64,000 bases of DNA from Gammaproteobacteria bacterium (GTDB lineage: Bacteria > Pseudomonadota > Gammaproteobacteria > Arenicellales > Poriferihabitantaceae), in assembly GCA_047639475.1 (NCBI GenBank), contig JBLIOD010000003.1, positions 25,875-89,874 on the forward strand. Reading direction: 5' to 3'. Of the stretch, positions 18,018 through 27,462 are shown in pieces. The position numbers were made by a program, and so were the translations under genes. Within the stretch, counting starts at the first letter, position 1. Every line of letters starts with the position of its first letter. The notes under the pieces are model-generated. The model was not told the origin of the DNA and did not search any database. It was given only the letters and a program-made list of their open reading frames with translations.

Positions 18018-19985
18018 ATGACAGATATGTTTTCAATTTACCTAACTATTCCACTGCTGTGCTTGTTTGGTGCTTTAGTGGCGGGTTTTACGGGCCATAT
18101 TGTGGGACGTAAAGGCGCACACTGGATTACCATTCTGATGGTATTCGCAGCGTTTATTCTGTCAGTGGTGGTATATCAAGATGTGCGCGCAGGCAATATA
18201 TTTAATGGGCCTTTATATACTTGGGGCATCAGTGACGGTGTGTCTTACGATATCGGTTTTTTAATCGACGAATTGTCCACCACGATGATGGTTGTCGTCA
18301 CGTTTGTGTCTTTGATGGTGCATATTTATACCATCGGATATATGTCTGAAGATCCAGCTTATCAGCGATTCTTCGCCTTTATCTCTCTGTTCACTTTCGC
18401 CATGCTAATGCTGGTAATGTCGAATAATTTCCTGCAGTTGTTTTTTGGCTGGGAAGCAGTGGGCTTGGTGTCCTATTTGTTGATTGGTTTTTGGCATAGT
18501 AAAGAGACCGCTGTGTTTGCGAACATGAAAGCCTTTTTAGTTAATCGCGTGGGTGACTTTGGCTTTTTGCTAGGTATTGCCGGTGTATGGTATCTATTTG
18601 GCAGCCTAGACTACGAAGCCGTGTTTGCACAGGCCCCTAGTCGGGCTAGCGAAATTGCGAGTACGCCGTTTGGCGATATCAAATGGGTCACACTTATTTG
18701 CTTATTGTTATTTGTGGGCGCGATGGGCAAATCAGCCCAGTTTCCGCTCCATGTTTGGTTACCGGACTCAATGGAAGGCCCTACCCCCATTTCAGCGTTA
18801 ATCCATGCTGCAACTATGGTGACAGCAGGCATCTTTATGGTGGCCAGAATGTCGCCTTTGTATGAGTTATCAGAAGTTGCGCTATCGGCCATTCTAATCA
18901 TCGGCGCCACTACAGCAATATTCATGGCACTGATTGGTTTGGTGCAAAATGACATTAAACGGGTTGTCGCATACTCTACTTTATCGCAATTAGGCTATAT
19001 GACAGTTGCCCTGGGTGCGTCAGCTTATGAGGTGGCTATATTTCACTTAGGTACGCACGCTTTTTTTAAGGCTTTGCTGTTCTTGGGAGCAGGCTCTGTC
19101 ATCATCGCCATGCACCACGAGCAAGACATGCGCAAAATGGGCGGTTTACGTGCCATCATGCCGATCACTTACATCACCATGTTTATTGGTTCTTTAGCGC
19201 TCGCAGGCATACCGCCGTTCGCGGGTTTCTTTTCAAAAGACATGATCATTGAAGCGGTGCACGCGAGTGGCCTTCCTGGTGCAACCTACGCTTACTATGC
19301 CGTACTGTTGGGTGTGTTTATCACGGCGTTTTATTCTTTCCGCTTAATGTTTATGACCTTCCACGGTAATAACCGTGCGGATGAGCATACGCGTCATGGT
19401 CTAAAAGAATCACCTGGTGTGGTTGTTTGGCCGCTAATTTTATTGGCCATTCTTTCCGTTGTTGCAGGCATGTTATTCTTTGAGCCCGTAATGCTGGGTA
19501 ATTACTTTGGTAATGCGATAACTGTTTTCGCGCAGCACGATACCGTCGCGCATGTCGCTAATACCTTGCATGGCAGTGGTTTTGGTTTGCTAGGTGCAAC
19601 AATGTTGCATGCTTTCGTTACTTTGCCATTTTGGTTGGCGGTAGGCGGCATTGCTTTTGCGGTTTACTGTTATTTGATCAACCCAGCGCTGCCCGGCAAG
19701 ATTGCTCATGCATTTGGGCCTATCACCAGACTGTTAGAGAATAAATACTGGATAGATGAATTGTTCCAAAAGGTATTCGCTGATAGCTCAGTGTGCTTGG
19801 GCAAGAGCCTTTCAAAAAACATTGATTCAGGGCTAATCGACAGCGGAATTGTCAATGGCAGTGCACGATTTATCGGTGGTCTGTCTGGCAAGTTACGCCA
19901 GATACAATCAGGTTTTGTTTATCACTATGCCTTTGCCATGATAATTGGCTTGGTGTCGTTGATAGCTTTCGCCATTTGGGCTTAA
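18018..19985 (+). CDS. nuoL: NADH-quinone oxidoreductase subunit L
   Basis: 655 aa antiporter-like subunit (GWEAVGLVSYLLIGFW, SAQFPLHVWLPDSMEGPTP). GAAGGA Shine-Dalgarno at 18006-18011. Confidence 0.96.
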   Translation: MTDMFSIYLTIPLLCLFGALVAGFTGHIVGRKGAHWITILMVFAAFILSVVVYQDVRAGNIFNGPLYTWGISDGVSYDIGFLIDELSTTMMVVVTFVSLMVHIYTIGYMSEDPAYQRFFAFISLFTFAMLMLVMSNNFLQLFFGWEAVGLVSYLLIGFWHSKETAVFANMKAFLVNRVGDFGFLLGIAGVWYLFGSLDYEAVFAQAPSRASEIASTPFGDIKWVTLICLLLFVGAMGKSAQFPLHVWLPDSMEGPTPISALIHAATMVTAGIFMVARMSPLYELSEVALSAILIIGATTAIFMALIGLVQNDIKRVVAYSTLSQLGYMTVALGASAYEVAIFHLGTHAFFKALLFLGAGSVIIAMHHEQDMRKMGGLRAIMPITYITMFIGSLALAGIPPFAGFFSKDMIIEAVHASGLPGATYAYYAVLLGVFITAFYSFRLMFMTFHGNNRADEHTRHGLKESPGVVVWPLILLAILSVVAGMLFFEPVMLGNYFGNAITVFAQHDTVAHVANTLHGSGFGLLGATMLHAFVTLPFWLAVGGIAFAVYCYLINPALPGKIAHAFGPITRLLENKYWIDELFQKVFADSSVCLGKSLSKNIDSGLIDSGIVNGSARFIGGLSGKLRQIQSGFVYHYAFAMIIGLVSLIAFAIWA

Positions 19986-20010
19986 TACACGGATTAAAGA
20001 GTAAATAGCA

Positions 20011-21489
20011 ATGTCTGAAGTGTTACTTAGTGTTTTGATCTGGTTGCCCGTTTTGGGCGGCATAGCGGTGTTGCTACTTTCTAAGGAAGAGCAGGAAAAC
20101 ACGGCCCGTGCCTTGAGCTTGGGTGTCTCCTTTGCAGTTTTCTTACTTAGCTTGGGTTTATGGACGGGATTCGATCGCAACACTGCGGCGATGCAATTCG
20201 TTGAAAAGCACCCTTGGGTAGAAGCCTTCAATATTTATTACCACTTAGGTGTAGATGGCATATCCATGCCGTTGATCATTCTGACGGCTTTACTCACCAT
20301 TGTCGTGGTGATTGCGGGCTGGGAAGTCATTCAAAAACGCGTCTCTCAATATTTTGCTGCTTTCCTCATTATGGAAGGCATCATGATAGGTGTCTTTGCA
20401 GCGCAAGATGCCATGTTGTTCTATTTGTTCTGGGAAGTGATGCTGATTCCCATGTTCTTGATTATAGGAATCTGGGGCGGGCCGAATCGGATATACGCGA
20501 CCATTAAGTTTTTTCTATACACCTTGCTCGGTTCTTTACTGATGTTGGTGGCCTTGTTGTATTTGTATAACGCTTCTGGCGGGTCATTTGCTATCAGTGA
20601 TTTCCACGCGTTAAAGATGCCACTGAATGTGCAAACTTGGATATTTATAGCCTTCTTTATGGCCTTCGCGGTCAAGGTGCCGATGTTTCCAGTGCACACC
20701 TGGTTGCCTGATGCACACGTTGAAGCGCCTACGGGTGGTTCGGTTATCTTGGCGGCCATCATGTTAAAAATGGGTGGTTATGGTTTTTTACGATTTAACT
20801 TGCCGATTACCCCGGATGCCAGTCACTCTTTAGCTTGGTGGGTTATTGGGCTCTCGCTTATCGCTATTATCTACATTGCCTATGTGGCTTTGGTGCAGAG
20901 CGACATGAAAAAGCTCATTGCTTATTCATCCATTTCGCATATGGGCTTTGTCACCTTGGGCTTTTTTGTCTTCAACCAAACTGCGCTAGAAGGCGCAATG
21001 GTGCAGATGATTTCACACGGCTTTATCTCAGGTGCCATGTTTCTAATTGTGGGCGTGTTGTATGACCGTCTGCATTCACGTGATATCGCTACCTATGGCG
21101 GTGTCGCGACAGTGATGCCAAAGTTCGCATTCTTTGCGGTTTTCTTTGCCATGGCGAATGCGGGACTGCCGGGTACCTCTGGTTTCGTCGGAGAGTTCCT
21201 CGTAATTTTAGGTGCCTTTCAATTCAGCGGATGGGTGGCTGCTCTAGCGGCGCTGACTTTAATCTTGGGCGCGGCATATACTTTATGGATGGTTAAACGC
21301 GTTATGTTCGGCCCCATCACCAATGAAGCTGTGAAAACTTTGAGCGATATCAATAATCGTGAAATGCTGTTTTTAGTCATACTGGCTGTGTTTACTCTCG
21401 CGGTAGGCGTGTGGCCAAATCCATTATTAGATGTCATGCGAACTACTTTAGAAAACTTAATAAGCCACGTTGCAGTGTCTAAGCTATGA
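20011..21489 (+). CDS. nuoM: NADH-quinone oxidoreductase subunit M
   Basis: 492 aa antiporter-like subunit (VPMFPVHTWLPDAHVEAPT). Confidence 0.96.
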   Translation: MSEVLLSVLIWLPVLGGIAVLLLSKEEQENTARALSLGVSFAVFLLSLGLWTGFDRNTAAMQFVEKHPWVEAFNIYYHLGVDGISMPLIILTALLTIVVVIAGWEVIQKRVSQYFAAFLIMEGIMIGVFAAQDAMLFYLFWEVMLIPMFLIIGIWGGPNRIYATIKFFLYTLLGSLLMLVALLYLYNASGGSFAISDFHALKMPLNVQTWIFIAFFMAFAVKVPMFPVHTWLPDAHVEAPTGGSVILAAIMLKMGGYGFLRFNLPITPDASHSLAWWVIGLSLIAIIYIAYVALVQSDMKKLIAYSSISHMGFVTLGFFVFNQTALEGAMVQMISHGFISGAMFLIVGVLYDRLHSRDIATYGGVATVMPKFAFFAVFFAMANAGLPGTSGFVGEFLVILGAFQFSGWVAALAALTLILGAAYTLWMVKRVMFGPITNEAVKTLSDINNREMLFLVILAVFTLAVGVWPNPLLDVMRTTLENLISHVAVSKL

Positions 21490-22931
21490 TGCCAGAAAAC
21501 TTCAACTTGTTACTCGGTCTGCCCGAAATGTTCATTTCGGCGATGGCCTGCTTTATCTTGATCTATCGTTTATACGATACCAGTCATTGCCCCAATTTAA
21601 TGCCGTTTGTGATGAGCGTGGCGACCTTGGTTTTGAGCGCTTTGATGATGATCGGAGGTTATTCTACCGAAGTACAGATGGCGTATAACGACGCTTATGT
21701 AAGAGACCCGATGAGCATTGTGGTCAAAACTACCATTGTGCTGATTACAGCCTGCGTTTTCATCTATGGCGCACGTTATAACAAAGAGCGAGGCTACTTC
21801 AAAACAGAGTTTTATGTACTCGGGCTGTTCGGTGTGGTCGGTATGATGCTGATGACATCAGCCAGTAACTTACTCACTCTATATATAGGCTTAGAACTAT
21901 TTTCACTAAGCTTGTACGCCATGGTCGCGTTCTACCGTGATTCGCGTGTGGCATCTGAGGCCGCAATCAAGTACTTCATACTCGGCGCGCTGGCTTCTGC
22001 CATTTTGCTGTATTCGATTTCACTGTTATACGGTTTAAGTGGCTCATTACAGTTATCAGAAATCAATGTAGCGATAGCAGCGCTCGGCACAGATAACTTG
22101 GGCGTGATACTCGCAGTGGTATTGGCTGTAGTCGGTTTGGCATTCAAACTGGGCGCAGTTCCCTTCCACATGTGGGTACCGGACGTTTACCAAGGTTCGC
22201 CGACATCGGTTACTGCTTATCTAGGCGCCGCGCCTAAAATCGCGGCATTTGCCATGATAATGCGTTTATTGGTAGAAGGCTTAGACTCACAGTTGGTTAA
22301 CTGGCAAGGTATGTTGATCATATTGGCCATCTTATCTGTAGCGGTTGGAAACATCGTTGCGATTGTACAAACCAATATTAAACGCATGTTGGCGTACTCC
22401 ACTATTTCACACATGGGGTTTTTCTTGTTTGGTATTTTAAGCGGTACCCAATTAGGGTATGGTGCAGCGCTTTTTTATGTATTGATTTACGCAGTAATGA
22501 GTCTCGGTGTATTTGGGCTTATTTTACTGCGCTGTACCCCCAGTTCTGAGTCTGAACGCATGGTGGATTTCAAAGGTCTGGCTACACGTAGCCCTGGTTT
22601 AGCCGTGTTGATGGGCATCTTGATGTTCTCGATGGCAGGTATCCCGCCGTTCGCCGGTTTCTGGGCGAAGTTGTCAGTGATTAACGCGTTGGTGGATGCA
22701 GATCTTATATGGGTAGCGGTCGTCGCTGTTCTATTGGCCGTAATCGGTGCTTATTACTACCTACGAGTTATAAAGGTGATGTTCTTTGACGACGCTGATC
22801 TTGAACTAGCACCGGTGGCAGAAAATCATTTCGCCATTCGTTGGTTGTTGGTCTTTAACATCTTAGCCTTGCTACTGATCATTCCATGGATTGGATCACT
22901 AATAGATTTAACGCGTTCAGTTATTTTATAA
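21486..22931 (+). CDS. nuoN: NADH-quinone oxidoreductase subunit N
   Basis: 481 aa antiporter-like subunit (GAVPFHMWVPDVYQGSPT). Last gene of the nuo run. Confidence 0.95.
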   Translation: MMPENFNLLLGLPEMFISAMACFILIYRLYDTSHCPNLMPFVMSVATLVLSALMMIGGYSTEVQMAYNDAYVRDPMSIVVKTTIVLITACVFIYGARYNKERGYFKTEFYVLGLFGVVGMMLMTSASNLLTLYIGLELFSLSLYAMVAFYRDSRVASEAAIKYFILGALASAILLYSISLLYGLSGSLQLSEINVAIAALGTDNLGVILAVVLAVVGLAFKLGAVPFHMWVPDVYQGSPTSVTAYLGAAPKIAAFAMIMRLLVEGLDSQLVNWQGMLIILAILSVAVGNIVAIVQTNIKRMLAYSTISHMGFFLFGILSGTQLGYGAALFYVLIYAVMSLGVFGLILLRCTPSSESERMVDFKGLATRSPGLAVLMGILMFSMAGIPPFAGFWAKLSVINALVDADLIWVAVVAVLLAVIGAYYYLRVIKVMFFDDADLELAPVAENHFAIRWLLVFNILALLLIIPWIGSLIDLTRSVIL

Positions 22932-22965
22932 CTTCACAGTACGACCTTATTAGCAGGTACAAATA

Positions 22966-24069
22966 ATGAGCGGCAAAATAAACTTAGCCATTCTATTTGG
23001 TGGCCAATCTTGCGAGCATGCAGTATCTGTTGTTTCAGCTCGCTCGGTTCTAGAGGCAGTAGATAAAGAAAAGTATCAGCTTATTCTTATTGGTATCACT
23101 GAGGAAGGGCAATGGCAATACGCACCTCAAGGTGATTTCGAAAGCTTAATTCAAAACAAAAAGGTTAAACCGGGAGCAGGCCTAAAGATTGCGCCAGATT
23201 TAGGTAAATCGGGCCGGTTTGTCACGTTAAGTGATGCTGGTATTGAGGTTCCCAAAATTGACGTGGCGTTTCCTGTCTTGCATGGCACCTTTGGAGAAGA
23301 TGGCGTGGTACAGGGATTACTGGAGTTAGCTGATGTGGCCTATGTCGGTTGCCCGCTTTCCGCCGCTGCTTGTGGCATGGATAAAGTCATCGCCAAACGG
23401 TTATTTGATGATGCCGATATTCCGCAAGCTGATCACGTTTTAGTATTAGCAAAACAATGGACAACTGCTTCAAGTGCCCAACTTGATCGGTGTGACTCGA
23501 AGCTTAGGTATCCATTGTTTATCAAACCCGCTAGTTTGGGCTCTAGCGTGGGCATTTCGAAAGCGCATACAAGAACTGAGCTTCAAATTGCTATTGAGCA
23601 TGCGCTTGAGTTTGATGAAAAGGTATTAGTAGAATCATCATTCGAAGATTGTGCTGAAGTAGAGTGTGCGGTACTAGGAAATGATGAACCAGAAGCTTCG
23701 GTGGTGGGTGAGATTGTTGCTGGGGCAGAGTTTTACGATTATGAAGCCAAATATCTTAGCGATGTTTCTGAGACGCATATTCCAGCAGACATTTCAAAAG
23801 AGTCCGCTGAACGGGTTAGGGAATTATCGATTAAGGCTTTCCAAGCTATTTTAGGCAAGGGCTTGTCACGAGTTGATTTTTTTGTTTCAAGAAAAACAGG
23901 TGAAGTTTGGCTGAATGAAATTAACACCATGCCTGGTTTTACACCCATTAGTATGTATCCAAAATTATGGCAGGCGAGCGACTTGCCATATGCGAAACTA
24001 ATCGATAAGCTAGTACAACTTGCCGATGAGCGGCATGTAATCAAAAAAAATCTCAAGCGCTCGTATTAA
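22966..24069 (+). CDS. ddl: D-alanine--D-alanine ligase (DdlA-like, long form)
   Basis: 367 aa. N-terminal INLAILFGGQSCEHAVSVVSA and an ATP-grasp C-terminal part (EVNTMPGFTPISMYPKLW-like: LNEINTMPGFTPISMYPKLW). Confidence 0.92.
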   Translation: MSGKINLAILFGGQSCEHAVSVVSARSVLEAVDKEKYQLILIGITEEGQWQYAPQGDFESLIQNKKVKPGAGLKIAPDLGKSGRFVTLSDAGIEVPKIDVAFPVLHGTFGEDGVVQGLLELADVAYVGCPLSAAACGMDKVIAKRLFDDADIPQADHVLVLAKQWTTASSAQLDRCDSKLRYPLFIKPASLGSSVGISKAHTRTELQIAIEHALEFDEKVLVESSFEDCAEVECAVLGNDEPEASVVGEIVAGAEFYDYEAKYLSDVSETHIPADISKESAERVRELSIKAFQAILGKGLSRVDFFVSRKTGEVWLNEINTMPGFTPISMYPKLWQASDLPYAKLIDKLVQLADERHVIKKNLKRSY

Positions 24070-24121
24070 ACGGTGCCTTTGTGTTGAGAAAATATTAATA
24101 GGTCGAGAATCGGAGAGAGAA

Positions 24122-24469
24122 ATGGCAGCAGATATGATGCAAAAGTGTTGTGACGATGTTAAGAAACACAATGGTTCGGTAGACGAAGCGATGGTTGCAA
24201 CCATGCTTAAAAGCTATCGTTTGGTGATGAGCAAAGCTGATACACGTTTAGTCGCTTGTGGCGATGTAAATGAGTTAGAAACCGTTAAGAAAAATTTCTT
24301 AATCAAAAAGTTGGGTATGAAAGAAAGCGGTGACAACTTAGATAACTTGGTTGCAGGCGTATGTGCAAAGATGAAAGGCACAAACCAGAAGCAGCGTCTT
24401 ACGTTTTACTATTTGCTAGCGCATGCAGCGGGCAAGGCGAGTGCTTTCCAAGGTTCAGCCAAGAAGTAG
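24122..24469 (+). CDS. Small soluble protein, DUF2853-like
   Basis: 115 aa. The segment ELETVKKNFLIKKLGM matches my recollection of the DUF2853 family. The family assignment is from memory only. Confidence 0.55.
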   Translation: MAADMMQKCCDDVKKHNGSVDEAMVATMLKSYRLVMSKADTRLVACGDVNELETVKKNFLIKKLGMKESGDNLDNLVAGVCAKMKGTNQKQRLTFYYLLAHAAGKASAFQGSAKK

Positions 24470-24514
24470 TGTTCAAGTAGTAATATGGGTTAAGTGCCGG
24501 TATTGATACGATTT

Positions 24515-24540
24515 AAAGCAGCCTTTATGGCTGCTTTTTT
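24515..24540 (+). terminator. Rho-independent terminator in the convergent gap (DUF2853-like gene / pmbA)
   Basis: Stem aaagcagcc (24515-24523) pairs with ggctgcttt (24529-24537) across loop tttat, followed by a T-run to 24540. On the minus strand only a short U-run follows. Confidence 0.7.
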
Positions 24541-24596
24541 ATACCTGCTAGAGTTAAGTCAAAGGTGACTTCAACCGCCATTGGGAAAGCCATATT

Positions 24597-25973
24597 TTAA
24601 CTCCCCCCTATCGTCATCTCTTCAATAAGTACCGAGCCCGTTCTGGTATTACCGCGTAAATCGACATCATCAGCGATGGCCACAATACCCATAAACATCT
24701 CACGGAGATGACCAGAAAGGGTGATCTCATGCACGGGATATTGAATTTCTCCGTTCTCTACCCAATACCCTGCTGCGCCGCGTGAGTAGTCACCGGTTAC
24801 AATATTTATGCCAAAGCCCATCATCTCGGTAACCAGCAGCCCGGTACCCATCTTCTGAAGCAATTCTGTACGACTTACCGGATGAGTGGAATTAAGGTGC
24901 AAGTTGCGAACGCCGCCTGCATTGCCGGTGGTTTTCAACCCTAACTTACAAGCTGAATAGCCGCTCATAATATAACTACTGAGGTTGCCAGCGTCTATAT
25001 AGGTGTTATTGCGCATCGCGACTCCTTCGCCATCATACAGGGCGCTGCCCATGGCCTTTTGTATAAAAGGTTGCTGGGTTACTGTTAGATGAGAGGCGAA
25101 GACTTGTTGATCGATTTTGCCTGATAAGAATGTGGCTTTTTTATAAACGGCATTGCCGCTAATTGCAGAGGTCAGATGTGAGAGCAAACTGGGTGCAACA
25201 GTGGCATCGAACATCACAGGTGCTTTGCGTGTAGTTATTTTTTGTGCATCTAAGCGTTTTATTGTGCGGAAAGCGGCAGTTTCTCCTATAACTGTTGCAT
25301 TTTGTAAATCCGCAAAATCGCGTACCGAGTCGTACCAGTAATCGCGTTGCATGGCGTCTATTTTTCCTGCCAGCACCGAGCAACTCAAGCCATACCGCGT
25401 GCCGCGTGAAAAGCCAACAAAGCTGTTGCTGTTAAGCATTAAGCTGACGCCTTCATGAGCGCTAAAGCTCGCGCCTTCGGTGTTGTTGATTTTTTTATCG
25501 AATTCAATCGCTGCAGCTTCACATTGCGTGGCGAGTTCTAAACCACGTAAGGCAGTTTCTTCACTGTTCCACGCTTGTGGGTGGTGTAAGTCGAGATCGG
25601 AGAGTTCGTTGGGATAGAGGGCGCTGTCTGCCAATTTCAAGCAGGGATCACCCTCCGTCACTTTAGCTATCGAGTGCGCTGCAGTGACTGCGTCAAGAAT
25701 AGCTTCAGCACTTAAGTCAGTGGTCGAGGCGTTACCAATTTGATGTCCCAAATAAACACGAATATCTAAGCCCTTGTCTTGATTGCGTTCTATGGTTTCT
25801 GGCTCACCATTGCGCACTGTGTACCCGTTGCCACTGACTTGATTTAAACTGACATCCGCATCGGAGCAACCCAATTTCTTGGCGTATTTTAGTGCTTGCC
25901 CTGCAGCTTCGAGCATACGGGATTCAGTTTCATTAGCGGGTTCCTTGCTGTGGCTAATTAGTTTGGTACTCAT
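24597..25973 (-). CDS. pmbA: Metalloprotease PmbA (TldE)
   Basis: 458 aa, collinear with the E. coli PmbA pattern ([26 protein letters not shown]). Overlaps tldD by 4 nt. Confidence 0.9.
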   Translation of the reverse strand: MSTKLISHSKEPANETESRMLEAAGQALKYAKKLGCSDADVSLNQVSGNGYTVRNGEPETIERNQDKGLDIRVYLGHQIGNASTTDLSAEAILDAVTAAHSIAKVTEGDPCLKLADSALYPNELSDLDLHHPQAWNSEETALRGLELATQCEAAAIEFDKKINNTEGASFSAHEGVSLMLNSNSFVGFSRGTRYGLSCSVLAGKIDAMQRDYWYDSVRDFADLQNATVIGETAAFRTIKRLDAQKITTRKAPVMFDATVAPSLLSHLTSAISGNAVYKKATFLSGKIDQQVFASHLTVTQQPFIQKAMGSALYDGEGVAMRNNTYIDAGNLSSYIMSGYSACKLGLKTTGNAGGVRNLHLNSTHPVSRTELLQKMGTGLLVTEMMGFGINIVTGDYSRGAAGYWVENGEIQYPVHEITLSGHLREMFMGIVAIADDVDLRGNTRTGSVLIEEMTIGGS

Positions 25974-27415
25974 GCGTCACCTCCTACCGTTAGACCATCG
26001 ATTCGCATACTGGGTTGCCCTACGCCTACAGGGACACTTTGACCTTCTTTACCACAAACACCGACGCCTGAATCAAGTTGCATGTCGTTGCCTACCATGC
26101 TGACCCGGGTCAATACATCTGGCCCATTGCCAATCAATGTTGCTCCTTTTATGGGTTGGCCAATTTTACCGTTCTCAATTTTGTAAGCCTCTGATGCACT
26201 AAACACAAACTTGCCTGACGTGATGTCGACTTGCCCGCCGCCAAAGTTAACGGCATAGATGCCATCTTTCACTGATTCAATGATCTCTTGTGGGTCATAT
26301 TTTCCGTTGTGCATATAAGTGTTGGTCATTCTGGGCATGGGTAAATGAGCATATGATTCGCGTCGCCCATTGCCAGTCGGTGACATACCCATCAGGCGTG
26401 CATTGAGTTTGTCTTGCATATAGTTTTTTAGGATGCCGTTTTCAATCAAAACGGTGTCTTGTGTTGGCGTACCTTCGTCATCAACACTGAGTGAGCCGCG
26501 GCGATCTTTGAGTGTGCCGTCGTCCACTATAGTGCATTGGTCGCTGGCAACGCGCTCACCGATTTTTCCACTAAATGCAGAGGTGCCTTTACGGTTAAAG
26601 TCCCCTTCAAGGCCATGCCCGATAGCTTCATGTAACAAGATGCCTGGCCAGCCAGAGCCCAGCACTACGGTCATTTCTCCCGCAGGTGCTGCCCTAGAAT
26701 CTAAGTTCACCAAAGCTTGGCGCACGGCTTCTCTCGCATAGTCTTCAGCGCGGTTATCTTGATAAAAGTAATCATACTTGTGACGACCGCCACCGCCCAT
26801 GGAGCCTGATTCTCGGCGTCCATTGTCTTCTACAATGACACTGACGTTTAGGCGAATGAGGGGCCGAACATCACTTTGATAGGTGCCATCACTGGCCGCG
26901 ACGAATATGACTTCGCGGCCACCTGAGAGGTTGACCGACACTTCTTTCACTCGCGAGTCACACTCTCGGGCGACCTTGTTGACAGTTTGTAGCAACAGTA
27001 CTTTGTCTGCATCTTCTAAGCCTATGATTGGATTGTCATCATGATAGAGTGAGATCGGTTTATGACGGTTAAATGCTGTTGGGGTTGGATTATTTTGGCC
27101 TTTGCTCGCTATGCTGCGAGCTGAGTGGGCGGCGTCTAAAATAGCCGCAGGGGTGACCTCATCTGAATAAGCAAACCCTGTCTTGTCTCCGCTGATAGCT
27201 CGGACCCCGACCCCTTGCTCAATATCGAACGAGCCAGACTTAACTTTATTCTCATCTAGCGACCAGCTTTCAAAAGTGCCATGCTGAAAATACAGATCAG
27301 CAAAATCGATACTTGATGTCATCATCTGAGCGATGCTATTGCTCAAGACAACGTCGGTGATTTCTCCATTGTTGAAAAGTAGTTGTTCAACCAGTGGGTG
27401 TGTTTGCAGCGTCAT
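25970..27415 (-). CDS. tldD: Metalloprotease TldD
   Basis: 481 aa with the [20 protein letters not shown] zinc-binding motif. Confidence 0.92.
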   Translation of the reverse strand: MTLQTHPLVEQLLFNNGEITDVVLSNSIAQMMTSSIDFADLYFQHGTFESWSLDENKVKSGSFDIEQGVGVRAISGDKTGFAYSDEVTPAAILDAAHSARSIASKGQNNPTPTAFNRHKPISLYHDDNPIIGLEDADKVLLLQTVNKVARECDSRVKEVSVNLSGGREVIFVAASDGTYQSDVRPLIRLNVSVIVEDNGRRESGSMGGGGRHKYDYFYQDNRAEDYAREAVRQALVNLDSRAAPAGEMTVVLGSGWPGILLHEAIGHGLEGDFNRKGTSAFSGKIGERVASDQCTIVDDGTLKDRRGSLSVDDEGTPTQDTVLIENGILKNYMQDKLNARLMGMSPTGNGRRESYAHLPMPRMTNTYMHNGKYDPQEIIESVKDGIYAVNFGGGQVDITSGKFVFSASEAYKIENGKIGQPIKGATLIGNGPDVLTRVSMVGNDMQLDSGVGVCGKEGQSVPVGVGQPSMRIDGLTVGGDA

Positions 27416-27462
27416 AAGCGAGTTATTGTGAATTTAAAGGGCTCTTATTAATTTGGGTGGTG

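Noticed and set aside
22932-24069. ddl sits 34 nt downstream of nuoN, as if appended to the nuo operon
   Set aside because: DdlA-type paralogs commonly lie outside the dcw cluster. Adjacency alone does not indicate anything unusual.
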